From: Octopus vulgaris
Lineage: Eukaryota
Reading direction: 5' to 3'
DNA: 64,000 nucleotides
Assembly (NCBI GenBank): GCA_951406725.2
Contig: OX597817.1
Location: 150,040,001 to 150,104,000 of the forward strand
The position numbers and the translations under genes were made by a program. Of this stretch, positions 39,547 to 52,854 are shown piece after piece (positions within the stretch are counted from its first letter, which is position 1; each line of letters begins with the position of its first letter). The notes beneath the pieces were generated by a model. It had not been told where the DNA came from. It was given only the letters and a program-made list of their open reading frames with translations, and did no database searches.

Positions 39547-40917
39547 AATCTTATCAATGAAATCACAAAGCTGCAATATAATGCATGATTAAGTCAAAAC
39601 AATGAATAAATAAGCATTATGTATGAATACTAAAAGGTTACCAGCCACATCCAACTCAAATATTCTAGCTGTTTAATGTTCAAACTGGTGAAATCTGACC
39701 TCTCGCACCTACGCTACAATATCATTCTAAAAATATACAATCCTTTCATTGTTATCTCAAAGCTACAAGACAATACACCTTGGGCAAGTGTCCTCTGCTA
39801 CAGCCTCAGGTTAACCAAGGCCTTGCGAATGAATTTAGTAAATGGAACCTGAATGTCATTATCATCATCATCATTTAACGTCTGTTGTCCTTGCTGTCAT
39901 GGGTTGGACCGATTGTACATATGTATAGGTATATGTGCATGTATATATATACATACATACAATCGGTCCAATTTATATCAACAAGTTTTTTTTGTAATTG
40001 TACTATGTATTTTTCTTTATAAAACTTTTAAACTTTTTCCACAGCTTACCACCCATAACAGTTCATACACTAAAACAATTTTTAAATATAGCTATCTAAT
40101 CCCGCTACATGCTTACTGTTATTATATTATATATTTTTTGTATTCAAACATATATGCATGTAGATGTATATGGTTTTTATATAAGAGAGCATGTATTTGT
40201 GTATGTTAGATACGTGTGTTGATTTTTTGTTTACAGTTGGCTTTATCTCATTTTTTTTTCCTACTTATTTTTAAATATGTCTGCTGGCCAGATTAGTTTA
40301 TAGTTTATCACACAGATGGACACGAAAGCACATTAACATGTCGCTGTTTCTCTTCCTTTTTCCCCCCTTTTACAATTTATTTGCAAATCTCCTGTCAGCT
40401 TCTCCGACACAGCCTCTTTGTTTTTCCTTTTTTTTGGTAATACCTTTTTTGATGCTTTCCTTTAATTTTTTACATTGACAAGAATGGTAATACATAACTA
40501 TTTTAATTAATGTTATTATAATTAATGATGGTTTTTCTTACATGTTTGTATTACCATTTGAAACTGTCGTATGTGGAAATTAAATTCTAATTTGAACTTT
40601 TAACATCTTCTCTTCTCCATTTTTCTAAGTGTTAGCAGTGTTTTATATAAGATTTTATCTTATATATGCCTATAACGAACTTCTTACTTGTTATTTTCAT
40701 ATTTTAATTGCTTGCTTTAGCAGGCTATCATTTTGATATGATGAATATTTATTAGAAATATTTCTTTTTGGACTCCCCAAAAAGTTTGATTTGTTCTACT
40801 TGAACTTATTCTTTCTCTCTCTCTCTCTCTCTCTCACACACATACACACACACACACATATATATATATATTTGGTTAATGAGAGATGTAAGCTAGAAGA
40901 TATGAGAATTTTTATTA

Positions 40918-41023
40918 ATCACTAAAATTGTTTCAACACATTGAGCATTGATCCCTCATACGTGGGACACTTAACAACTGGTTCAGGAACATTCGATGGT
41001 GCAGATATGTCTCTTTGGGTGAT
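40918..41023 (-). ncRNA. degenerate hammerhead ribozyme in a pLTR-like remnant between (TA)n tracts
   Basis: Minus strand: atcac CCAAAGA gacatat...atgtgtt GAAA caattt TA gtgat taataaa; stems intact, core mutated. Confidence 0.55.
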
Positions 41024-41708
41024 AAAAAGAGACATGACTCGTTAAAGTATCAGTTCCACAATGTATCTTCTTAGTTCATGTAAAGAAAAGCAGAAAATTA
41101 TATATATATGTGCATGTGCCTTTGTGCCTGTGTCTGCCTCCACTACTGCTTGAAAACTGGTGTTGGTGTGTTTACATCCCTGTAACATAGTGGTTTGGCA
41201 AAAGTGACTGATAGAATAATTATCAGGTTTTAAAATAAATAATGGGTTCAATTCATTCAACTAAAATTCTTCAAATCAGTGCTCCAGAATGACTGAAGTC
41301 TAATGACTGAAACAAGTAAAAGACAAAAAATATGGGAAGTATTTTAGCCATTTGAAGAATTATTTTCTTAAAGTCTTCAAGAAATGTAACCTCACATAAT
41401 CCCATGATCATGGGAAATAACATATTCCAATGGATCACAGAATTTCTTGTTTGTCCCATACTCAACTGGATCATTGCAGAAAGATTAGTCATGTAATCAT
41501 TTGAAGATACAATAAACTGGAATCAGTTGCCGTTTTCAAGATTTGAACCTATTGCTGGAAATTCAATGAAGCTTTAATTATATGCTGCTAATGCATATAA
41601 TGTAGTAATCAAGGTACTAATGACACTAGTTCATAAGCCAACACCTAATCAATACAACCAGCTGTTTCGGCAAAGAAAAGTGAATATATATATATATATA
41701 TATATATA

Positions 41709-41946
41709 TCATCATCATCATCATCATCGTTTAACGTCCGTTTTCCGCGCTAGCACGGGTTGGACGGTTTCGACCGGGGTCTGGAGAGCTCGGGACTGCC
41801 CCAGGCTCCAGTCTAGTCTGGCAGTGTTTCTACAGCTGGATGCCCTTCCTAACGCCAACCACTCCGCGAGTGTAGTGGGTGTTTTTTACGTGCCACCTGC
41901 ACAGGTGCCAGAGGGGTCTGGCATCGGCCACGTTCGGATGGTGCTT
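41709..41946 (-). mobile_element. young, CpG-rich RTE 3' tail
   Basis: Near-consensus copy retaining many CpGs; joined through a T11 run to the tandem array. Confidence 0.9.
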
Positions 41947-41955
41947 TTTTTTTTT

Positions 41956-42587
41956 GGGGGGGTGCAGAAATATAGGGGAGCACCAGTGGGAGGGGTGGTT
42001 CAGAGGACAGGTAATAGGCAAGTAGAACGTAGGATATCGAGAGAGGGGTAATGCATGGTGAAATAGCGTATTGAAGAGGGGGGTTCAAAGAGTAGACACC
42101 TATAATGGTGGTGGGGGGTGCAGAAATATAGGGGAGCACCAGTGGGAGGGGTGGTTCAGAGGACAGGTTCTAGGCAAGTAGAACGTAGGATATCGAGAGA
42201 GGGGTAATGCATGGTGAAATGGTGAAAATTCGTATTGAAGAGGGGGGTTCAAAGAGTAGACACCTATAATGGTGGTGGTGGGGGTGCAGAAATATAGGGG
42301 AGCACCAGCGGGAGGGGTGGTTCAGAGGACAGGTTCTAGGCAAGTAGAACGTAGGATATCGAGAGAGGGGTAATGCATGGTGAAATAGCGTATTGAAGAG
42401 GGGGTTCAAAGAGTAGACACCTATAATGGTGGTGGGGGGTGCAGAAATATGGGGGAGCACCAGTGGGAGGGGTGGTTCAGAGGACAGGTTCTAGGCAAGT
42501 AGAACGTAGGATATCGAGAGAGGGGTAATGCATGGTGAAATAGCGTATTGAAGAGAGGGGTTCAAAGAGTAGACACCTATAATGGTG
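41956..42587. repeat. G-rich minisatellite, four units of ~156 bp
   Basis: gtgcagaaat at 41962, 42118, 42284 and 42439; units nearly identical. Confidence 0.95.
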
Positions 42588-42665
42588 GGAGAAACGACAT
42601 CCGGTATAGTTGGAGCAAAATAGAGATATCCGGTATTGGTGGTGGGGGTGGGTAGAGCGGGCGCG

Positions 42666-43210
42666 CCGCGAAGAACCGGCAGCCAATTTCTAATCAGCCC
42701 TGTAAGGGAGATAGAACCTAAATATCTATAACGATAACTAGTGAATTATACAGAATATGCAAAAACGAGGCGAGGCTGAAATAGTAAACAGAGTGGCGAC
42801 TAGGGGGATCAGAATAATAATAATTAATAAATAATAATAATAAATAGAGATACGGATGAATTAAAGTTCAAAGATTTCTTATCTTGGGATCACTTCGTTT
42901 ACGGACAGACTTGGCAGAAGGAGTTCGGAATCAAGAGTGAGGCAGGTTACTAGCTTAAGTATGCATGGCCATGTCGAGGAGTAGGAAGAGGAGTCCAGAC
43001 AGACAATGTAAAAAGAGGGGGAGAGAAACCCCGCGAAGAACCGGCAGCCAATTTCTAATCAGCCCTGTAAGGGAGATAGAACCTAAATATCTATAACGAT
43101 AACTAGTGAATTATACAGAATATGCAAAAACGAGGCGAGGCTGAAATAGTAAACAGAGTGGCGACTAGGGGGATCAGAATAATAATAATTAATAAATAAT
43201 AATAATAAAT

Positions 43211-43213
<3 letters not shown>
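42666..43213. repeat. ~183-bp direct repeats (42666-42848, 43031-43213), period 365
   Basis: ccgcgaagaaccggcagcc...aataataaataga occurs twice, with no difference seen. Confidence 0.95.
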
Positions 43214-43284
<71 letters not shown>

Positions 43285-43588
43285 GCTTTTATGCATGTAT
43301 TTTCATTTAAAGATGTAAGCACAAAGCCATGAATATTTTATTCAATTTGGTTTTGTAGAAATATATTTTAATCAATAAATCTGTCCCGAAGTGGTGTCAC
43401 ACACGATTTTATGCACGCAGATCATCAAAGACTATTGTATGTACCTAAATGACACAGAATTATGGTATAAGTACTTTTAAAAATTTTCCAGAGATGTACT
43501 TATAAAGCAACCACTTTGATCTGGGAACTTGCATTGAAACCGAAATAATTACATCATGATTAGAGCCATTGTAGCAATTTAAAAAAAC

Positions 43589-45137
43589 ACAAAAACCGTT
43601 GGAGTTATTTTGCATTTACTTTGTGAGGGGTCTAAATTTTCATCACACCACTGTATCTTGACAACTGACACAATTCTCTCACATCTCATGAGATATTTGT
43701 GCACTGTTAGATGGCTAAAATGGCTCTATAGTTGTTACTTTCGAGAAATTTTTGAAATGATAATGATTATTATTATTAAAAGAAACCATTATTAATTATC
43801 AGTAGTTAGGGCAGCGGACTCGCGGTTGTAGGATCGCAGTTTCAATTCCCAGACCAAGAGTTGTGAGTGTTTATTGAACGAAAACACCTAAAGCTCCACG
43901 AGGCTCTGGCAGGGGGGTGGGGGTGGCGATCCCTGCAGTACTCTTTCGTCGCAACTTTCTCTCACTCTTTCTTCTGTTGGCTTGCTCGCTTAGCCAGTGG
44001 GGTGGTGTCATTTGAAGGCTAAAACAATGCAAAGCGCATTGTGACCAGCGATATGTAGCAACATCTGATAGCCTGGTCGATCATGGTCACGGTAATCATA
44101 TTATTATTAATCATAAAGCTAAGACTTACTACTATACTTAGCAGGGATGTTGTGTTGAGGTTTGGTAACAATCCTCCTCAAATCTCAAGAATCTTTCTTG
44201 ACATTCTGGATAAGAGAATCATCAAAGCTCCAGGTAAAACAGTTATATCTTTATAACATCCTGATTTCAAATTCTTTCAAAGTTAGTTGTAATTGTCATT
44301 CCTGGGGTTCATGAAATATATGGCAATCATGTACTGGAGCTCATGCCCTACCTGGCATGTCTGGTTCTACAACAAAGTTACAATGACAAGAATTTCAGTA
44401 AATCCAATCAACAGAAAAGTCTGCCCATGAAATTAATGTGCAAGTGGTTGAGTACTCCACAGACATGCATACCCTTAACGTAGTTCTCAAGGAGATTCAG
44501 CATGACACAGTGGCCCAGGATGTGACAAAGCTGGCCCTTTGCCATACAGGTACTACTCACTTTTGCTAGCTAAGTAGACTGGAAGAACATGAAATAAAGT
44601 GTCTTGCTCAAGGTCACAAACGTCTGATCATGAACTGCATAACCTAACCACTAAGCCACATGCCTTCATTGGTATTATCATTATTATTATCATTATTATT
44701 ATTATTATTATTACAATAGTTATTGACTCCTGACCTGTTCAGATAGGTTTTTTTATATCACAATTAAAAACTGGATTCTAATAAGTTCCAACAGCATGAA
44801 AGAATTTATTACCCATGGAGGTAGTCTGCCCTGGTCTGGTGGTACGTAAAAAGCACTATCCGACTCGTGGCCGATGCCAGCGCCGCCTCGACTGGCTTCC
44901 GTGCCGGTGGCACGTAAAATACACCAATCCGACTGTGGCCGTTGCCAGCCTCGCCTGGCACCTGTGCAGGTGGCACGTAAAAAGCACCCACTACACTCAC
45001 AGAGTGGTTGGCGCTAGGAAGGGCATCCAGCTGTAGAAACATTGCCAGATAAGACTGGAGCTTGGTGCAGCCTTAGGCTTCCCAGATCCCCGGTCGAACC
45101 GTCCAACCCATGCTAGCATGGAGAACGGACGTTAAAC

Positions 45138-45168
<31 letters not shown>

Positions 45169-46041
45169 TGTCACGTAAAAAGCATCCATCCTGGTGCTAT
45201 GTAAAATGCACTAGCACCAGGTCCAGGTATAAAGCACACGTGCCGGGTCCACATATAAAGTACATGTACAAATGCCATGTAATGACACTGGTGCTGGTAC
45301 CACAGAAAAAGAACCCCGTAGACACTGTAAAGTGGTTGGCATTAGGAAGGAGATCCAACTGTAGAAAGCATGCCAAAACAGACAATTGGAGCCTGGTGAA
45401 GGTCTCCAGCTGGCCAGCTGCTGTCAAACTATCCAACCCATGCAAGCATGGAAAATAGATGTTAAATAAGGATGATGATGACAACAAGGAGAATTGAATG
45501 TGGCTTAGTGGTTAGGTTATGCAGTTCATGATCAGATGTTTGTGACCTTGAGCAAGACACTTTATTTCATGTTCTTCCAGTCTACTTAGCTAGCAAAAGT
45601 GGGTAGTTTTAGCCTTCAAATGACACCACCCCACTGGCTAAGTGAGCAAGCCAACAGAAGAAAGAGTGAGAGAAAGTTGCGACGAAAGAGTACTGCAGGG
45701 ATCGCCACCACCCCCTGCCAGAGCCTCGTGGAGCTTTAGGTGTTTTCGTTCAATAAACACTCACATCTCTTGGTCTGGGAATCGAAACTGCGATCCTACA
45801 ACCGCGAGTCCGCTGCCCTAACCACTGATAATTAATAATGGTTTCTTTTAATAATAATAATAATCATTATCATTTCAAAAATTTCTCGAAAGTAACAACT
45901 ATAGAGCCATTTTAGCCATCTAACAGTGCACAAATATCTCATGAGATGTGAGAGAATTGTGTCAGTTGTCAAGTTACAGTGGTGTGATGAAAATTTAGAC
46001 CCCTCACAAAGTAAATGCAAAATAACTCCAACGGTTTTTGT
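43589..46041. repeat. local inverted duplication
   Basis: 43589-44025 pairs with 45606-46041 and 44554-44661 pairs with 45498-45605; includes unique sequence as well as SINE parts. Confidence 0.9.
44835..45485 (+). mobile_element. two tandem RTE 3' tails
   Basis: (GAT)n tails at about 45138-45167 and 45471-45481. Confidence 0.85.
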
Positions 46042-46871
46042 ATGTTTTTTACCCATACAAGATTTAAAGGAAAAAGAAAAACGCTTGTTCATAATACAGT
46101 ACAACAGAACCACCATCAAACCAAATATTTTGAAGGTGAGCATGTTTCTGCATATTTTAAACGCACAAAGAAAAAAAAGAGAAAACTTGTAGGAACATGT
46201 TGCATGAAAATATATGCACATTAGCAGTGGAAAATATTAACATATCTGTAAAAAAATACTGCTGAGAGCAGCCCTGGTGATACATTTGGTTAAAACAAAA
46301 AACAAAAACAACACTTACAGATACACAAGCTTTTCCAAACAAAAGTAACTATGTATTTCTTAATGAGAGGTATTTGAGTAAAGGACTATTTACATTCATT
46401 ATAGATAAAACTTTCGATAGTTGAACTTTAGATATAGGACATGGAGACAAAAAATATGATTATGTGGCAGCATTCTGTTACAAAAACAAGTGTTTTTTTT
46501 ACTGTAATTGTCACACAGAGACACAAAAGAGAAGGAAGATAACTGTGCTCTGCAAAGAGCTGCTGGAGCAAGCAATACACCAATACATAAAATGATATCG
46601 TCTACCTTGAGCAAAGGAGGACACATGGCACCATATGAGTGAAGCAGTAAGCAAAATTAAGGTTTTGCATGCCTATCTGTGGACTAGTCCCAAAGTATTT
46701 AGGATAAATAACCACATGGGTCACCATAAAAGACCTTATTGATATTGTTGATCCCTGGATTAAAGTTAATTTTATCGTACAACTCTGATCCACTTCCTCT
46801 GCTATATTTTTTCTGATCTTATATATATATATATATATATATACATACATATGTGTGTGTGTGCGTGTGTG

Positions 46872-47252
46872 TGGAGGCACAATGGTCCAGTGGTTAGGGC
46901 AGCAGACTCGTGGTCGTAGGATCGCGGTTTCGATTCCCAGACTGGGCGTTGTGAGTGTTTATTGAGCGAAAACACCTAAAGTTCCACGAGGCTCCGGCAG
47001 TAGGGGAGGGGGGAGTTGATCCCTGCTGTATTTTTTCACCACAACTTTCTCTCACTCTTTCTTCTGTTGGCCTGGTCGGTCATGTGATCACGTGATATAT
47101 AAATGTGGCAGGCTTTCTACCAAATCCACTCACAAGGCTTTGGTCAGCCTGTAGCTATAGGAGACACTTGCCCAAGGTACCACATAGTGGGACTGAACCC
47201 AGAGCCATATTCTTGGGAAGCAAACTTCTTACCGCAGAGCCATGCCTGTGCC
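46872..47252. mobile_element. two SINEs of different families (46872-47095 +, 47105-47252 -)
   Basis: First matches 43800-44095; second matches the 11165 family head. Confidence 0.75.
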
Positions 47253-48028
47253 TAATGTAGTACCATTTTTTGACATAGTAGTGTAATTTAAGAGCACAGG
47301 CATGGTTGTGTTGCTAATTAGTTCACCTGCAACTACACAACCAAATATTTTCTAGCATTGTCTCAATCTAACTAAACTATTGTGAGTGAAATTCCTATTT
47401 GCAAGTTGTGGACCTAATCTGTCCACCTGATTCCTAGCGCCTTTAACAGAGTCCAATTTGTTGCAATCCTTCAAATCCAATCTTTGGTCTGATAATTATT
47501 TCCCCCTTTCCTCTTAGCCCTGAAGAAAAAGTTAAAAGAGGGCACTGCCCTTCCATTCTGATTAAACCATATGTTTTTTTTAAAGAAATTTGACTGCTAT
47601 TTTCAGCAGATTAAGCAACAACATTGTTGACTCAGTTATTTCATCTATTAACAAAGGCAGAAAAATTAATTTTCTCTCCCATTCTTGCTGAATTTCATTA
47701 TTCAAGCAAGAAGAATTATCTGCAACAGTTTTAATTCTCCTTGAAATATTTTGCAACATCTCAATAACTAAACTACCATTCTCCACATGAATGCAATTTA
47801 AAAGAGAAAAATGCATATCTTAGAAGCTGAAGGCAATATATCACAATAAAAATCAAGTTGTCAACTCAGCATCCAATGAAAATCTCAGAGGATTAGGCTA
47901 ACAATTTCAGATCATGACAGACAGGAGAAACAAAACATGCACATATTGGACACACATACACACACACACACACATTAAACTGACAAAGGAACCATTTTTC
48001 GTTGATAATGCTTTTCTGTGTGTATAGT

Positions 48029-49262
48029 AGGCGCAGGAGTGGTTTTGTAGGCACAAGAGTGGCTGTGTGGTAAGTAGCTTGCTTACCAACTACATGGTTC
48101 CAGGTTCAGTTCCATTGTATAGCACCTTGGGCAAGTGTCTTCTACTATTAGCCTTGGTCTGACCAAAGCCTTGAGTGGATTTGGTAAACGGAAACTGAAA
48201 GAAGCCTGTTGTGTATGTATATGTGTGTGTGTGTGTTTGTTTGATTGTTTGTGTTTGTCTCCGTAACATCACTTGACAACCGATGCTGGTGTGTTTACGT
48301 ACCCATAACTTAGCAGTTTGGCAAAAGAGACCAATAGAATAAGTACTAGGCTTACAAAGACTAAGCATATGTATATTGAGTTATAACACTAGTTTATTGA
48401 TATCACTATGACTAAGTGATATAATATATATGTGATAGACTCTCCCATTGTTAGACGACGTATGAGGGTTCAACAATTTCTTACCGAACAACCACACAAA
48501 TGATTTGTTTATAGTGATCAAATGTTTGTGTAGACATAAGCTCACTCTCTCCATCAAATCGACATTACATGCACAGGTGCAACTGGGTGCCACATGTCAG
48601 ATGTCGAAATGATCGCAGAGCGACGTGAAATGAAATGTTTTGCTCAAGAACATAACGCAACGCCCGGTCTGGGAATCGAACCCACAATCTTGCAATCGTG
48701 AGTGCAACACCCTAACCACTAAGCCATGTGCCTTCACTTATATATATCATCATCATTACTATCGTTTAATGTCCACTTTCCTTGCACGGGTTGGACAGTT
48801 TGATATGGAGCTGGCTAGCTGGGAGCTGTCCAGACTCCAACTGTCTGTCATGGCATGGTTTCTATGGCTGGATGCCTTTCCTAATGCCAACCACTTAACA
48901 GAGTGTGCCGGATGCTTTTTACGTGCCATAGTATTGTATGTGAAGGCACATGGCTAAGGGGTTAGAGCGTCGAGCTTACGATCATGAGGTTGTGAGTTTA
49001 ACTCCCGGACCAGGCTGCATGATGTGTTCTTGAGCAAGACACTTTATTTCACATTGATCCAGTTCACTCAGCTGTAGAAATAAGTTGCAATGTCACAGGT
49101 GCCAAGCTGTATCTGCCTTTGCCTTTCCCTTGGTTAACATTAGTGGTGTGAGAGAGGAGGCCGGTATGCACTGGTCTTCCATAAACAACCTAGCCTGGAC
49201 TTGTGCCTCAGAGGGTAACTTTGTAAGTGCAATCCCATGGTCAGTCATGACCAAAGAGGGTT
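48029..49262. mobile_element. repeat cluster: SINE 48029-48365 (+), SINE 48440-48737 (-), RTE tail 48748-48928 (-), SINE 48941-49262 (+)
   Basis: tRNA-like heads and matches to other copies in the window. Confidence 0.8.
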
Positions 49263-49584
49263 TCAGCAGTATTGTATTAAAGCTGAAAAGACTCCACGAA
49301 CTGTTACTCAGAGTTTCATATAATCAACCACCAGACAGTTGTGAGTATTTACAACAATGCAAGAGTTTGTAAGTATTTGTGATTACTAACTCATTGACTA
49401 AACATTTAAAGTTGATTGGGCAATTCCTTTTCAAAATAATTAGAATCTCTTGGATAAAGCTATTTACTATAATGGTAAAATATGTATCAAAGTGAGTTGA
49501 ATGAAATTTAAAAGATGAATAGAAAAAATTCGTAGGAAAGGATATAAAAAAATACATCAGAAATAAGTGACATATACGCATATA

Positions 49585-50162
49585 TTAGGTTGGTGCATAA
49601 TTACTGTGGCTTTTTTTTTTTTCAATAAATTTTATTCAGCAAAAACAATAACAATATTTAACAAAAACATCTTTAAGGTGCAGGAGTGGCTGTGTTGTAA
49701 GTAGCTTGCTTACCAACCACATGGTTCTGGGTTCAGTCCCACTGCGTGGCACCTTGGGCAAGTGTCTTCTACTAAAGCCTTGGGCCAACCAAAGCCTTGT
49801 GAATGGAATTGGTAAACAGAAACTGAAAGAAGCCCATCATATATATACATATATATGTGTATATGTTTGTGTGTCTGTGTTTGTCCCCCCAACATTGCTT
49901 GTGTGGTTTACGTCCCTGTCACTTAGCGGTTTGGCAAGAGAGACCGATAGAATAAGTACTAGGCTTACAAAGAATAAGTCCTGGGGTTGATTTGCTCAAC
50001 TAAACATGGTGCTCCAGCATGATCGAAAAAATAAAAGAATAAAGAATAAAAATGATTATTCCAGAGCATATTCACCATCTACTTCAATTACTCCTTCCTA
50101 TTTGCTCGGCAGCCAGTGGGAATAAGCATTTAAAGATGCTGCAATAATTATGTACCAACCAT
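49585..50162. mobile_element. mariner-derived MITE interrupted by a SINE (49676-50050)
   Basis: TA|TTAGGTTGGTGCATAAT...ATTATGTACCAACC; body matches 37898-38101. Confidence 0.8.
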
Positions 50163-51167
50163 TTAATACATATCAAAGTATGAAGCTGATGACTTATTTC
50201 ATTGCCACACAAAGCTTCCTATTAAATGTGCTCTTTCTGGTGATTGTAAACATGAATTTAACTATATTTATGTGCATGTTTACCATTATCTGAATGAAAG
50301 CACTAATCAAGAAACCAGCTTAATTCATATAAAAATACAATGCAACATATATTAAGTACTTAATCTCTTATTCTTGAAACCCTGCCTAAAAATATGAGTG
50401 TGTGTGTTGTGAACAATGCAGTCCTTGGACCCAGCAGATTCTGTCCAACCCATGCCAGCATGGAGCATAGATGTTAAACAATGATGATGATGAAGACAAA
50501 TATATATGTATGTATGGTGAGGTGGGGGGTAACTATAACAAATTTTATTGTATTGATTAAGCTACAGACGAGGACAGCTATATAAAGAAGTGACATGTTA
50601 AAAGTACTCATGCCTGTGACATGTAAAAAGCTCCCAGTATATCCTATGGAGTGGTTGGTGTCAGGAAGAGCATTCAGTCATAGAAATCAAGCCAAAAGAG
50701 ATTGGAGTCTGGTGCAGCTGTTCAGTTTACCAGTTCTAATCAAACTGTTTAACCCATGCCAGCATGGAAAATGGACACTAAATGATGATGATGATGATGA
50801 TATGAATATTATTACATAAATATTATACTCATATGACAAATCAATAGCTAAAAATATGAGTGTGTATGTGTGCATGTATAGTATAAGAGTTGCTGCTGGT
50901 GTTGTTTAACCCCAGGTCAAAAATCAAAGGCCTTCTTACTGTGACCCTTTCCTCTCTTTCCTATGAGCAGGAAATCCAGGACTGCATTATCAAAAAAAAT
51001 TCGTCTTTAAGTGATTTGAGGGAGATTAGACTGCTATTTCCAACAAGTTGAGCAATCATGTTGAAATTCTCTTTAGCGTGTGTGTATGTGTGTGTGAATA
51101 AGCAGTATACATGTGGTGTATGTTAGATTTTGGTTAATTTTGCTCGTGTTATTATTAAGTACAGAAA

Positions 51168-51620
51168 AAGGCTGTGAGCTGGCAGAATCGTTAGCATGCT
51201 GGTTGAAATGCTTAGCGGCATTTCGTCAACCGCTACGCTCTGAGTTCAAACTCCACAACGGTTGACTTTGCCTTTCATCCTTTCTGGGTCAATAAATTAA
51301 GTACCAGTGAAACACTGGGGGTCGATGTAATTGGCTAGTCCCTTCCCCCAAATTTCAGGCCTTGTGCCAAGAGTAGAAAAGATTATTAAGTACATATTTC
51401 TTTATTACCCACAAGGGGCTAAACACAGAGGGGACAAACAAGGACAGACATATGTATTAAGTCGATTACATCGACCCCAGTGCGTAACTGGTACTTAATT
51501 TATCGACCCCGAAAGAATGAAAGGCAAAGTCCACCTCGGCGGAATTTGAACTCACAACGTAACGACAGACGAAATACGGCTACGCATTTCGCCCGGCGTG
51601 CTAACGATTCTGCCAGCTCG
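51168..51620. mobile_element. inverted pair of related SINEs (51168-51381 +, 51395-51620 -)
   Basis: Shared Meta-like domain; attattaagtaca TSD sequence occurs three times (51151, 51382, about 51638). Confidence 0.85.
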
Positions 51621-52175
51621 TTTTAAGATTATTAAGATTATTAAGTACAGAAAGACAAATTACGTGTGGTGTCACTGCATGTCATCTGTTAAGAAAAGAA
51701 GCAATGACAAAACATTTTTAGGAATCTCACAATCAATAAAGTTTATGATATCCATTTCAGAGCTATTGGCATTGCTGATCACACACACACACACTGTATG
51801 CTGATGAAGTATCATCGTTGAATTTTGCTGAACAAGTAATTAAACACGAGAATTAAGTAAATGAATGAAAGCATGCTAATATTTGTTGCTGCTGTTGGTA
51901 ATTGCATTAAACAAACTATTACAGTATGTGGTTTTCAGTGTCATTTTGTTACAAGCTTTAATATGTAGATGCACAGGTGTGTGTGTGTGTGTGTAACATA
52001 TGTTTACATGTGTGTGTGTGCGTGTGCATGTAAACTGTTGTTTAGCCCCAGGTCAGCCTTGAGTGAACATGATCATAATCAATCAAAACATTTCTATGGT
52101 CAGTCAATTTGGTGGGGAATGATCATGGCTGGAAATCTGTGACTACAATACCCAATGTGATCTTTCTTTTATTAA

Positions 52176-52395
52176 CCCTTTAGTGTTTAAACCGGCTGTA
52201 TCTGGCCCAAATATTTTACACATTTTATGCTCAAACTGGCCAGAGCCAGCATCTCACACCAAACCTACATTGTCATTCTAAAAATAAGCAATTATATCTT
52301 TCTTACCTTGAAGCTACAAAATAATATTAGATAAACTTTTTTTAATGTGAATAAATAAGGATTACCTTTGACAAATTAATCTGAATGCTAAAGGG
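52176..52395. mobile_element. piggyBac-type MITE
   Basis: TTAA|CCCTTTAG...CTAAAGGG|TTAA. Confidence 0.85.
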
Positions 52396-52854
52396 TTAAT
52401 GGATTGCCATTTCTAACAGGCCTTGTAACAATGTAAAGGCTCCCTCGTTATCTACTCTGCTGTGTGGCAGTGTGTTGCGCTACAATGTCACAATACAAAG
52501 GCAATCAGAGAGCAAGTTGCACCAGATGTTCACACACAGACACACACACACACACATGCTACAGATGATCTCTATTTCTGAGACAATTAAATAAATCTGA
52601 AGGACCCTCTTAAAACTCTCACCTATCTGTCCTGGCTGATGCAATATTCAGCAGTAGAATAATTCTTACAAATGTCCTCATTCACAAATCCAATTTCAAT
52701 CAAGTCAACAGAAGGAGAACAACAATTAGCCTCATTCTATACAAAAATAAAACAAAAAAAAACATGAACTTTTGACTGCTTTTGTAATTTCAGTCTTTTA
52801 AAATAGAATATGGAATAATGATTCTTTTTTTTTCCTCAAAAACAAAACTATCTT

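Noticed and set aside
40275-40341. atatgt CTGCTGG...GAAA gcacat TA acatgt
   Set aside because: Stem I pairs but there are two core substitutions and a broken stem II; counted only as a weak candidate.
41956-42587. CRISPR-like or coding interpretation of the regular array (ORFs of 96-143 aa)
   Set aside because: Units are wholly repeated with no unique spacers, the DNA is eukaryotic, and the ORFs simply follow the repeat.
46519-46642. Possible plus-strand exon (DTKEKEDNCALQRAAGAS...)
   Set aside because: Weak acceptor, in-frame stop before the nearby donor, and no recognisable homology.
47580-47816. 78-aa minus-strand ORF in unique sequence
   Set aside because: No recognisable motif or supported splice structure; length is within chance expectation.
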